Below are positions 1-8,668 of a stretch of 36,003 nt of DNA, piece by piece. The DNA is taken from assembly GCA_050123495.1 (NCBI GenBank), contig JASFGZ010000002.1:1-36003 (forward strand), given 5' to 3'. Numbering within the stretch: the first letter of the stretch is position 1; each line of letters starts with the position of its first letter. This stretch comes from Desulfobacterales bacterium (lineage in GTDB: Bacteria; Desulfobacterota; Desulfobacteria; Desulfobacterales; JAHEIW01). The notes beneath the pieces are model-generated. The model saw only the letters and a list, made by a program, of their open reading frames with translations, searched no databases and was not told where the DNA came from. Position numbers and translations under genes: made by a program.

Positions 1-54
1 TACAGCCTGACGGGCATTCTCATAGATAGCGGATTGAGTCATGACTTTTGACAT
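1..54 (-). CDS. 5' end of an unidentified CDS that runs off the left edge (MSKVMTQSAIYENARQAV...)
   Basis: ATG at 54..52 on the minus strand with GGAAG 9 nt upstream. The frame is open to the window edge. Only 18 codons are visible, so no family call is possible. Confidence 0.3.
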   Translation of the reverse strand, partial: MSKVMTQSAIYENARQAV

Positions 55-120
55 AGCGTCTTTCTTCCGGCCTCAGTTTTTTATCATACCAAACATGAAT
101 GCATTCGAATTCCTGAAAAG

Positions 121-165
121 ACAAAGCCCGATTATGGTTTCGACCGGCTTTGCCTTATTTTTTAA
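121..165. terminator. Hairpin plus T-run; possible bidirectional intrinsic terminator downstream of the MFS gene
   Basis: CAAAGCC (122-128) pairs with GGCTTTG (146-152). It is followed by CCTTATTTTTT on the plus strand and TCTTTTC on the minus strand. Confidence 0.4.
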
Positions 166-323
166 TAACGATTGATCGTTATCTCTTCATAGCCTTCAAG
201 CCCAGGCAGTTATTTGGCCAGCAAATGATTGGGTCAAATTTTAGTGTAACTTCATTACGCATCACAGATATTCTCAATCGTTGCGAGCGATTCTCAGGAT
301 ATCTGTAATCCAAGTAGGACGCA

Positions 324-1544
324 TCAGCGCACGGGTAAAATGCACTCGGTCTGAGGTTTCGTTATCTGGATCAAGACCGCTGCCGATAGCATAAGTGCGC
401 CGAGGTAACTAAATATCACAGTAAAATTGCCGCCGGTGATATCCAAAAGGCGGCCGATGAACCATGGCCCAATAATACCGGCAACAAAACCATAGGCGGT
501 GAAGATCAGCCCGATAATGGAACCGAAGTGATCCATTCCGAAGCAGTCTCCGACGAGGGGGGCCGAGACGGAAAACATCGTGCCAAAAGCATATCCGATG
601 GCCGCAAATAACGCCAGCCATATCATCAAAGAATCTGTTTGGGTCATAAAAAAATAAGCCGATCCAGCCATTGCAAAGAAAAGCGTCAACGTTCTTTTGC
701 GACCGATACAATCTGAAAGGTAACCGCTAATGACCCGGCTGGTTCCGTTCGTCAAATTAAAAGCGGTTAATAATAATACAGCCTCATGGGATGACAATCC
801 CCTTGTTTTGCCAAATGCTGTCGATAGAGTAACTATAGAAATACCCGCTGCTCCGGCAAATGCCCACGTAAGCCACAGCCCCCAGAATGAGCGGGTTTTC
901 AGGCTTTCAATCAACGTCATCGACGATGGACTGCTCATGGACCTCATGACGGATCTGTCTGCGCTCGGAATATCATTCGGCAATGGAAATCGTATGAGAC
1001 AAGCGGGTATCAGACCGAAGATTAGCGTACAGATTGCGGCACCCATCGTTACCCAGTGATATGCAAAAGCGTCAAGAATGAAATTGTAAACAGGCGAAAG
1101 CAGGGCGGCAGACACGGCAAAGGACATGTTAAATAGGCCCGAGACCAAGCCCCGGCGATGCGGAAACCAGTTCTGTACGATGGTCAATCCGGTCATGTAG
1201 ATCATTGAAGTTGAGGCGCTCATTAGCGAGGCCCAGGCATATACACCGGTAACAGACCAGGCCAGCGGAAGCAGGATGGTGGTGCCGGCGCAAAAAAGCG
1301 CCCCGATTCCCATGAACCATCCCGGTTTCCATCGCTCCAGCCACCTGCCCACTAGAAACATAAAAAATCCTGTGGGGACCAGAATAAAAAAAAGGATCTG
1401 GCCCACTTCGGCAGGACCAACGCTGAAAGCGGTCTGCCAGTATTGGCTCATGACCCCGGGTAAGCCGAACACCAACGTTCCCGGCCAGAAGATAGCCGCA
1501 CAACATGCTCCCAGGATAACGTATTTTACTTTTCTTTTATCCAC
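324..1544 (-). CDS. MFS transporter, oxalate/formate-antiporter-like
   Basis: 406-aa ORF with about 12 hydrophobic segments in an MFS-like layout. GTG start; no clear Shine-Dalgarno sequence. Confidence 0.8.
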   Translation of the reverse strand: MDKRKVKYVILGACCAAIFWPGTLVFGLPGVMSQYWQTAFSVGPAEVGQILFFILVPTGFFMFLVGRWLERWKPGWFMGIGALFCAGTTILLPLAWSVTGVYAWASLMSASTSMIYMTGLTIVQNWFPHRRGLVSGLFNMSFAVSAALLSPVYNFILDAFAYHWVTMGAAICTLIFGLIPACLIRFPLPNDIPSADRSVMRSMSSPSSMTLIESLKTRSFWGLWLTWAFAGAAGISIVTLSTAFGKTRGLSSHEAVLLLTAFNLTNGTSRVISGYLSDCIGRKRTLTLFFAMAGSAYFFMTQTDSLMIWLALFAAIGYAFGTMFSVSAPLVGDCFGMDHFGSIIGLIFTAYGFVAGIIGPWFIGRLLDITGGNFTVIFSYLGALMLSAAVLIQITKPQTECILPVR

Positions 1545-1716
1545 TTCGAAAATGCCAATTGCGCCTATAAATTACGCCATTTGTTTAAAACCCAATTGCG
1601 ATTATGTGTTGATGCTGTGGGTGAATAATGAAAGGGAATAAAATGGGAATCGTTGATTACAAATGTTGACACTCGGCAAAATTTAAAGCTTTTGTATAAA
1701 AATTTTTGCTGTGCTT

Positions 1717-2340
1717 TTATGCCCCTGCTCTATGTTTGCGGCTATTTCTCCGATCCAAGCCCCTTCTGCGATCTAAGTCGCTTCTACGTTCCTTTCCAGA
1801 CCTTCTTTCCAATGTCTTTTTAAATGTCACGCCAATTCCTGCTTGGCCCAGGCGCACAATCCAACCCCTTATTCTGATACGTTTATCAATCTTTTTGTAT
1901 GGGATAACAAGCTCAATTGCCTGGCCGAAGAAACATTGCTTTTTCGTTTCAATAAAAACGCCGCTACGGCTTATATTTACAATCCAGCCCTTGTTGTATT
2001 TTTGATTACCACACTTAAAAACCACCGGTCCGATATAGGGTACCCGGGGATATTTACGTGGATCTCGGATATCTTTGACGCCACTATCAAGAATGCCCTG
2101 ATTTTCGGAGTTAAGCATAACGGATAAGAACGCGTTGTCCTCGGTTATAACATCTACTGCTCTATTGCTCGAATCGAATAAATTCTCATTTCGAAAGCTA
2201 TTAAAACAATGATTATTCCGATAATTACAAATTTTGACCGCAATTGCCACAAAATTTTTAATTTTTGAATCTATTCTTAATAAATGAGTGACGTTTAAAA
2301 TTGTGAAGTGAACTCCAATAAATTGGTAAAAATTTTTCAT
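1717..2340 (-). CDS. PilZ domain protein with an Arg-rich repeat tail
   Basis: RKYPR (RxxxR) and NISRSG ((D/N)xSxxG) sit at PilZ spacing. The C-terminal tail reads ERRSGK/ERRSDL/DRRRGL/DRRNSR. The start is uncertain: the alternative ATG at 2118 would give 134 aa, and the 2119-2340 stretch is very AT-rich. Confidence 0.7.
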   Translation of the reverse strand: MKNFYQFIGVHFTILNVTHLLRIDSKIKNFVAIAVKICNYRNNHCFNSFRNENLFDSSNRAVDVITEDNAFLSVMLNSENQGILDSGVKDIRDPRKYPRVPYIGPVVFKCGNQKYNKGWIVNISRSGVFIETKKQCFFGQAIELVIPYKKIDKRIRIRGWIVRLGQAGIGVTFKKTLERRSGKERRSDLDRRRGLDRRNSRKHRAGA

Positions 2341-2447
2341 ACTGGATTTAAGGCCTTCGACAGTATTTTTTATAAGTATCTGTAAATTTTATATTATTTT
2401 TATTTTTTGCCGCATTTGCCGATTTTGCACAAATTTTGCATTCCTGC

Positions 2448-2474
2448 TTGACAAATCGTCAGTTTCGGTATGAT
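2448..2474 (+). promoter_or_regulatory. Candidate sigma70 promoter for the ORFan pair
   Basis: TTGACA (2448-2453), 15-nt spacer, TATGAT (2469-2474), about 50 nt upstream of the ATG at 2524. Two ATTTTGCA direct repeats lie just upstream at 2422 and 2433. Confidence 0.35.
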
Positions 2475-2523
2475 ATTGCAAATACTCATCATATATTCGA
2501 AATAAACGCTTATCCGTAGAAAA

Positions 2524-3183
2524 ATGCTAGATCAATTAATTCCTAAACTTCGTTTTCAGTTGGCAAAAGCCACCAAAATACTCCCTGGTGATGGCGTGGC
2601 CGTCGTAGAAAGAGTTTATAATGACATTTTGCTCATGCGTAACTTTATCGTAAACGAGTTTCAAAGAATTGAGGATGATAATAATTTAAGCGAGGGGGAT
2701 AAAAACAGCTTACGACGTGAGGTCTTGGAAAAAGCGATCGCTAAACTCGAAATTTTAAAGTCGAAAAGGAGTGCTTCAGATTTGATTAATGAACTTGAAG
2801 CTAAATTATGCGAAACGCCTGCAAGTGGTGATGATCGCCTCCTTAAATTTTTGCAGGAGCGGGAAATTCGCGATCGGCTTTCAGCCATGCCGGCATCTCA
2901 GATATTATCTCATTTTGAAAATTCACTCTTGGATGGCAGTAATCCTTTATTATTGGATGCCATTTTGAACACCCCTCCTGGGTTTGAAATACTACCGGAA
3001 AAAATCCTAAAAAAACTCAGAAAAGTCAGAGGGAAGAGGCATTATCCTGAGATTGTTGCACAACTTGAGGCAATGCAGGAATTGAACTCAATTATCCTAA
3101 TGATGTTTACCCTCGTTAGAGCAGAGCTGGACAAATTGAGGAGAAAATACCTTCCGATTTATGTTGTCGAGAAGACGGCATAA
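2524..3183 (+). CDS. Hypothetical protein (219 aa), no recognisable family
   Basis: Long ORF in an AT-rich stretch with a charge-rich, helical-looking sequence. No competing ORF of similar size. Confidence 0.6.
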   Translation: MLDQLIPKLRFQLAKATKILPGDGVAVVERVYNDILLMRNFIVNEFQRIEDDNNLSEGDKNSLRREVLEKAIAKLEILKSKRSASDLINELEAKLCETPASGDDRLLKFLQEREIRDRLSAMPASQILSHFENSLLDGSNPLLLDAILNTPPGFEILPEKILKKLRKVRGKRHYPEIVAQLEAMQELNSIILMMFTLVRAELDKLRRKYLPIYVVEKTA

Positions 3184-3394
3184 ACTTCATATTTATAGTT
3201 ATATTGAGATATAGAAAACTACATCCCTCAACAGCCTAACTATTTATAATACTTGACCTTCTTGTCCTCTTTCGGTATGGGTAGATACCTGAGTACCATC
3301 AACCGCAATCGTGCTTAAAATCCATAGATTTCGTTTCGATAATTGTCGGAGAGTTTTGATAAATTGACGCGATACAGCCGACAAAGGCGCCACC

Positions 3395-4255
3395 ATGGCC
3401 GAGTTGGAAAAAGCCAAACGCAATTCTGTTAAAATTGAGATCCTGAAATTTGAAGACCTTCTCAGTAAATACCCGCCAGGAGAAATCCATCTAATAAGCA
3501 ATCTGGGTATAACCAGAAGCCCCACTGCATCACCTATTCTAACGAAGCCGCGTTTAAAGCTTTATTGCCCGGAACGCTTTTGCAACGGCGTTCGATTTTT
3601 TGACTCTTACCAAACCAAAAATATCACCTTAACAGAAAAATGGAAGCGTGTTTTTCTCCATTATTCATGCTCTAACTGTAGATCGCGATCGAAAGTATTT
3701 GCCATTATGGCGCGATGGAATAGCGTTGCAGATGAAGGCGAAGCCGTAAAATTGGGTGAATGGCCACCCTTTGGCCCACAAGTCTCCTTGGGGATTATCT
3801 CAATTCTGGGCAAAAACAAAGATATGTTTCTATTGGGTCGCCGGGCCGAAATTCAGGGACTTGGAATCGGAGCTTTAGCTTATTATCGTAGAGTTGTGGA
3901 AAGCCAAAAAGATCATATTATAGATGAAATCATCAAACTTATGCAGAGAACAAATTCACCTGAGTCTCAAATTGAAAAACTGACATCGGCCAAAAAGGAG
4001 AAACAGTTTAAAAAAGCGGTTGAGCTCATCAGTGACACCATCCCAAAGGCGCTTTTAATTAATGACTATAATCCCTTAGCGTTACTGGAACAGGCGATGA
4101 CCAAGGGGTCAGCTGTGCAAAAGGATAGTGATGCGCTTAAACTGGCAACCGCGATCAGAAAGATATTAACCGAGCTGGCTGAACGCGTGGTCAGGGCATT
4201 AGAAGATCAAGCCGATTTAGATGAAGCGGTTGACTATATCCTGCAACATGACTGA
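3395..4255 (+). CDS. Hypothetical protein (286 aa) with a Cx4C...CxxC zinc-ribbon-like N-terminal part
   Basis: CPERFC and CSNC motifs lie about 30 aa apart, followed by a helical C-terminal region (GLGIGALAYYRRVVE...). No family is assigned with confidence. Confidence 0.6.
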   Translation: MAELEKAKRNSVKIEILKFEDLLSKYPPGEIHLISNLGITRSPTASPILTKPRLKLYCPERFCNGVRFFDSYQTKNITLTEKWKRVFLHYSCSNCRSRSKVFAIMARWNSVADEGEAVKLGEWPPFGPQVSLGIISILGKNKDMFLLGRRAEIQGLGIGALAYYRRVVESQKDHIIDEIIKLMQRTNSPESQIEKLTSAKKEKQFKKAVELISDTIPKALLINDYNPLALLEQAMTKGSAVQKDSDALKLATAIRKILTELAERVVRALEDQADLDEAVDYILQHD

Positions 4256-4608
4256 TGTTCTTGTGATACTGTCTGAGCACCTTGTCCAATTGCCATTCAT
4301 TCCAATAATATATAATTCGCCAGTATTCCTTCGTCCTGCTGGCTTTCATGACTTGCTGCCCGCCAACCTCTCCGGAGAAGCTCACCAGAGCTAAGGCGAA
4401 AGCGTAGGCGACACTGGACCTGTCCGGCATAGCTCGATAGAGCGTCGGCGAATCGTTTTCTGGCTTAAGCTCGTGGAGACTTGCACCTCTCACGCTGAAG
4501 TTAATATTTTTCCGGCATTTTTATGGCTTTTAGGCATCCCCCCAGATAAGTTAAAAAGTAAAGAACGTCCCTTATTGCATATTACGTCTGCTGAATGTCA
4601 AAAGCCGT

Positions 4609-5496
4609 CTATAAAGCTCCGACTGCTATGAGCGCACGCTTTACCTCTGCGACGCCCTCAGGCGGCAACGGTGCCTGCGGCGGCAAGGGTGCGCCGACGG
4701 GATAACCCTGGAGCTCAAGGCCGCCTTTGATGCACGCGGCGAGGTTGTACTTGGCAAAGGCCTGGTTCAGATTCCATAACAGCTGCTGACGTTCCATCGC
4801 CGTGACCCAGTCACCGCGCCGGCAAAGCTCGTAGAGTTCGACGCTTTGTCTCGGCGCGACACATGCCGGGCCGGCCATCCAGCCGACGCCGCCGATCAGC
4901 ATCACACATGTCGTAATATGCGACGAGGCCGCAAATACCTGCATCCGTCCTTCCACCCGGTTGATGATCGACAGCAGGCGGCTGGTATTGAAGGAGGCGT
5001 CCTTGATGTAACCAATGTTGGAAATTCGGCTCAGCCGGTCTATGACGGACAGGCTCAGGTCCGATCGCTGAAAGTTCGGGTTGGTATAGAGCACGATAGG
5101 AATCGAGACCGCCTCGGCGATTGTCTTGAAATAAGCGAATACACCCTCATCGGTGACAGGGAAGTAGGCCTCGAGAATTGCGAGGATGCCGCTGCAGCCC
5201 AGGGTCTCGAACTCCCGTGCCTGGGACACAGCGTCAGCGATCGTGGTCGAAGCCACGCCCGCCACGACGGGAACGCGGCCTTTCGCCGCTGCGATGACCA
5301 CTTCAACGACGCGCCGTCGCTGCGGCCAGGCCAGATAGGCGAACTCGCCGGTTGAACCGAGAGGGGTCAAGCCGTGAACACCAGCCTCGATAAGGTCGTC
5401 GCACAGGCGTGCAAGGACGTCCGCGTTCACCTCACCGGTCTCATGAACGGGTGAAACAAGGTAGGGAAAAACCCCGTGGAAGTATGCTGCGTTCAT
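4609..5496 (-). CDS. Dihydrodipicolinate synthase / N-acetylneuraminate lyase family (class I aldolase-type) enzyme
   Basis: GSTGEF, YTNP and IKDAS (Schiff-base Lys) motifs are present. The ATG at 5496 has AGGAGGA 5 nt upstream, giving 295 aa, which is typical for the family. The tracked ORF start at 5592 is probably an upstream in-frame extension. Confidence 0.85.
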   Translation of the reverse strand: MNAAYFHGVFPYLVSPVHETGEVNADVLARLCDDLIEAGVHGLTPLGSTGEFAYLAWPQRRRVVEVVIAAAKGRVPVVAGVASTTIADAVSQAREFETLGCSGILAILEAYFPVTDEGVFAYFKTIAEAVSIPIVLYTNPNFQRSDLSLSVIDRLSRISNIGYIKDASFNTSRLLSIINRVEGRMQVFAASSHITTCVMLIGGVGWMAGPACVAPRQSVELYELCRRGDWVTAMERQQLLWNLNQAFAKYNLAACIKGGLELQGYPVGAPLPPQAPLPPEGVAEVKRALIAVGAL

Positions 5497-5880
5497 CGCA
5501 ATCCTCCTGCATACATCTTTTGCAATATTCGCAAGTTCACACTTGCTTGCATGATACCTGAATTTCTTAACAATACCGATGGGTTTCTGCAATAAATTTC
5601 GGAGATGTCACTTTCTTAATTTCAAATCAGACGCATAGATGATAATAGATAGAAGATTTTTCTGCATAACGTAAATTTGACCGAAAGCGCTGTGCAGGAG
5701 GCTATAAGTGGTATCAAAACCCCTTCTAACACCGAATATCGGCGTTGCGGACCTTCTCAAAATGCTCACATACTCATATGTATGCTGCGCTTTTTCGTCA
5801 GCCCGCGCCTTGATCTTCGGCGTAATCTGAGGTTTTGAAACCACTTCAAATTCATTCATCTTAAAGAAAGGGGGACACAG

Positions 5881-6507
5881 TTGGACAGGAAACGTGTTGG
5901 GATCGTCCTTTTTGAAGACATCGAAGTGCTCGACTTCTGTGGTCCGTTCGAGGTTTTCTCTGTTACCCGTCTTAACGAAGAGAAGCGCAGAGAAGAATCT
6001 TCACCCTTTGAAGTATGGCTCGTGGCTGAGCATCCTGAGCCTGTCACGACGGCAGGCAACATGAAAGTCATTCCAGATTACACTTTTGACAGCTGTCCGC
6101 CCCTTCACATCCTTGTTGTACCCGGGGGCTGGGGCACGCGTAAGGAATTGAACAACCCGACCATGCTTGAATGGCTGCGCGCTCGCGCACCGCAAGTCGA
6201 AACACTGACTTCTGTTTGTACCGGATCGATGCTGTTGGGATTCGCCGGGCTGCTGAACGGACTGCACGCGACCACTCACTGGCGATCGTTGAACTGGATG
6301 CGTGATGCCTTTCCGGAGGTGACGGTGGAATTCCAAAAACATGTCGTCGAAGATGGCCGCGTGGTGACATCGGCAGGCATCTCAGCGGGCATCGATATGG
6401 CACTCAAGGTGGTGGCCCGCTACTTCGGTGAAAATACCGCCCGGGCTGCAGCCCGGCACATGGAGTATCCTTATCCGGACAGCAATCAACGTCGGATACG
6501 CCCTTGA
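5881..6507 (+). CDS. DJ-1/PfpI family protein
   Basis: The nucleophile-elbow motif SVCTGS lies in a 208-aa alpha/beta-type sequence with VVPGGWG. TTG start with AAGGGGGA upstream. Confidence 0.8.
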   Translation: MDRKRVGIVLFEDIEVLDFCGPFEVFSVTRLNEEKRREESSPFEVWLVAEHPEPVTTAGNMKVIPDYTFDSCPPLHILVVPGGWGTRKELNNPTMLEWLRARAPQVETLTSVCTGSMLLGFAGLLNGLHATTHWRSLNWMRDAFPEVTVEFQKHVVEDGRVVTSAGISAGIDMALKVVARYFGENTARAAARHMEYPYPDSNQRRIRP

Positions 6508-6572
6508 GCCCATCCTATTGCGGCGGAATGGGTGCAATAGATTGCGTCATTCTCTGAGCTTATATAGCAATC

Positions 6573-8549
6573 CTAAGAAGGTACCGATTTTTTTTCGGTC
6601 CGCAGGGTCACGAGGACGATTATAACCACGGCGGGTATCAATGCCAATGCTGAAAGGATACCTTTAGGATAGAACAAGATAAATAGCGCCACCAGCAGGA
6701 CTAAAAACCTTGAAAGAAGGTCATACCCTTTACGTTTAAAAAGTCGACCGTGGATGGCGGAAGCTGCTGTCAAGCATCCAACAAGTAACACACCCAGAGC
6801 AGCCAGTTGTGATAAACCGGGCTTCAACAACAAAATATCCCAATTAAAAATCGCGAATGTCAGAAAGAAAAAAGGAAGCGATATTTGCAGCGTTACCATC
6901 ATTGTCTTCATGAAGGAAGCACCTGAAATACGGGAAGCAACCGCAGCGACGAGTGATGTTGGTGGCGAATATTCGGATATGACCGCTATGAAAAATAGGA
7001 AGAAATGAGCGATCCAGGGGTCGATCCCGATTTTTGTCATCGGCGGGATGACGATTACGGCCGAGAGTATGTAACAGGCCGACGGCGGTATTCCCAGCCC
7101 TAAGAAGACTCCAATGGCGAATCCCACTCCGATCAGGGCGACGACATGGAATTCTCCGATCGTCGCCAGTAGTGCCATTAGCTTAATCATCCATCCACTA
7201 ACCACGAACAGATTTACCATCACGCCGAGCATGGCGAGCAAGAGAACAAGCGGAGCGGTGACTGAAGCAAATCCCTCTATGGCTCCGCGTAAACACCGAC
7301 CCCATTCCTTTATCTTTTCTGAAATCGTTCCCGGATGGATATAAATGCGGAATACGGAGGAGGTGATAAAGAGACCGATCGCAATGTTAAGTGCGGCCCT
7401 TGATGCTTCATACCAAAGCACACCCATCAAATAGATCAAAACGCCGATGAAGGCAAAGAAAATCGCCGTGTTGATCACGTCAATTTTGGAGAATCTTTCG
7501 ATAATGGAATCCGGTGATAGATCCGGGCCACTTCCCTTTCTCTGCAGGAAGCGCGCTGTAAAGAGGTAAACCGATAGGGATATGATACCAAAGAAAATGA
7601 GTGCGGGTGCATATCCTCGAGCGATGACCTCGAAATAAGTCACGCCCAAAAAGTCAGCCATGAGGAAACCGGCGATTGCCATGACGGGCGGCATGAGCAA
7701 GCCGCCCAGCGAAGATGAAGCTTCCACAGCACCGGCGTAAAGAGCGGGAAACCCTGCTCTTTTCATCAACGGGATCGTGTACTGCCCGGTTATGGCTGCA
7801 TTGGCTGCTCCCGATCCACTACAGGTAGCAATAGCCATTGAAGTCACCACCGCCGTTTGGGGTATGAGGGTTTTACGTTTAGCAAATATCCCGGTGAACG
7901 TTTTGATAATAGATTCCTGAACACCAAATCCCTGTGCAATGCCCAAAAACATGAAAAATGCTGCGATAACGCCTACCCCGGTTTGCGAATAAGTTCCAAA
8001 CAGGCCCAATGAGATCTCAACCGAAGAAGATGTGATGACTCTTGTCCAGGAGACCCCGGGATGACCGAGTATACCTGGGAAAATTGATCCGTAAACGGAA
8101 TAAAACATGAGAAACAGGATGAGATAGAAGAGGAGACCATGTTCCCGTCTGGTATATTCGACCACGAGACCCAGCATCATCACGCCTACGATTTTGTCGG
8201 TAGTGTTGAAGAAACCCGCTCTGTCATAAGTGAGGGCGTCAAACTCCACTCGCATGTAGATTATGGAAAAGACGCACATAGCGATGTACAGGCCGGCTAT
8301 GGCAATATTGAGTTTAAGTCCTAGACGGGGATATGGCAACTCTCCGGCGACAAAGGAATTCAATACCCACAGTATGTAGGCTAATGGGACCAGCGTTACG
8401 GCAAGGAGCATGGTTCCCCCTAAGCCGGTTGTGAAATAATGTAGTGAAAATATTAAATATACGATGGTGACTATAAGATAGGAGGGGATTAAGAATTTAC
8501 GCATTTTAGCCAATGAATCCGCTGCTTCTGGCAATGGATTTTTTTCCAT
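6573..8549 (-). CDS. TRAP transporter fused (DctQ-DctM type) permease, TAXI-associated
   Basis: 658-aa polytopic protein. The motif SGSGAANAAITGQYTIPLMKRAGF is shared with the paralogue at 16516-18564. It lies directly downstream of a TAXI-like binding-protein gene. Confidence 0.9.
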   Translation of the reverse strand: MEKNPLPEAADSLAKMRKFLIPSYLIVTIVYLIFSLHYFTTGLGGTMLLAVTLVPLAYILWVLNSFVAGELPYPRLGLKLNIAIAGLYIAMCVFSIIYMRVEFDALTYDRAGFFNTTDKIVGVMMLGLVVEYTRREHGLLFYLILFLMFYSVYGSIFPGILGHPGVSWTRVITSSSVEISLGLFGTYSQTGVGVIAAFFMFLGIAQGFGVQESIIKTFTGIFAKRKTLIPQTAVVTSMAIATCSGSGAANAAITGQYTIPLMKRAGFPALYAGAVEASSSLGGLLMPPVMAIAGFLMADFLGVTYFEVIARGYAPALIFFGIISLSVYLFTARFLQRKGSGPDLSPDSIIERFSKIDVINTAIFFAFIGVLIYLMGVLWYEASRAALNIAIGLFITSSVFRIYIHPGTISEKIKEWGRCLRGAIEGFASVTAPLVLLLAMLGVMVNLFVVSGWMIKLMALLATIGEFHVVALIGVGFAIGVFLGLGIPPSACYILSAVIVIPPMTKIGIDPWIAHFFLFFIAVISEYSPPTSLVAAVASRISGASFMKTMMVTLQISLPFFFLTFAIFNWDILLLKPGLSQLAALGVLLVGCLTAASAIHGRLFKRKGYDLLSRFLVLLVALFILFYPKGILSALALIPAVVIIVLVTLRTEKKSVPS

Positions 8550-8588
8550 CTGTTCACCCCCTAGCGGTATGACTCAAGAGGTAATGAA

Positions 8589-8620
8589 CTCACCCCTGAT
8601 AGGCGTTTTACAGGGGTGAG
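8589..8620 (-). promoter_or_regulatory. Intercistronic perfect 10-bp stem-loop between the binding-protein and permease genes
   Basis: CTCACCCCTG (8589-8598) pairs with CAGGGGTGAG (8611-8620) around a 12-nt loop. No U-run follows on the minus strand. Confidence 0.5.
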
Positions 8621-8668
8621 GCCACTATTATAAACCCTTAAACTACTCTTTATTTCGCCTCAAAAAGA

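Noticed and set aside
95-175. 26-codon plus-strand mini-ORF (MNAFEFLKRQSPIMVSTGFALFFNND).
   Set aside because: It overlaps the terminator hairpin, has no ribosome-binding site and is too short to support.
5497-5592. 32-codon N-terminal extension of the DHDPS-family ORF as drawn in the ORF track.
   Set aside because: The internal ATG at 5496 has a perfect AGGAGGA 5 nt upstream and gives the family-typical length. The extension has no counterpart in the family.
5608-5859. 83-aa minus-strand ORF in the divergent region between the aldolase-family and DJ-1 genes.
   Set aside because: It has no recognisable motif or obvious ribosome-binding site, and it lies in what looks like an AT-rich promoter region. 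It may be a remnant, but I cannot support a call.
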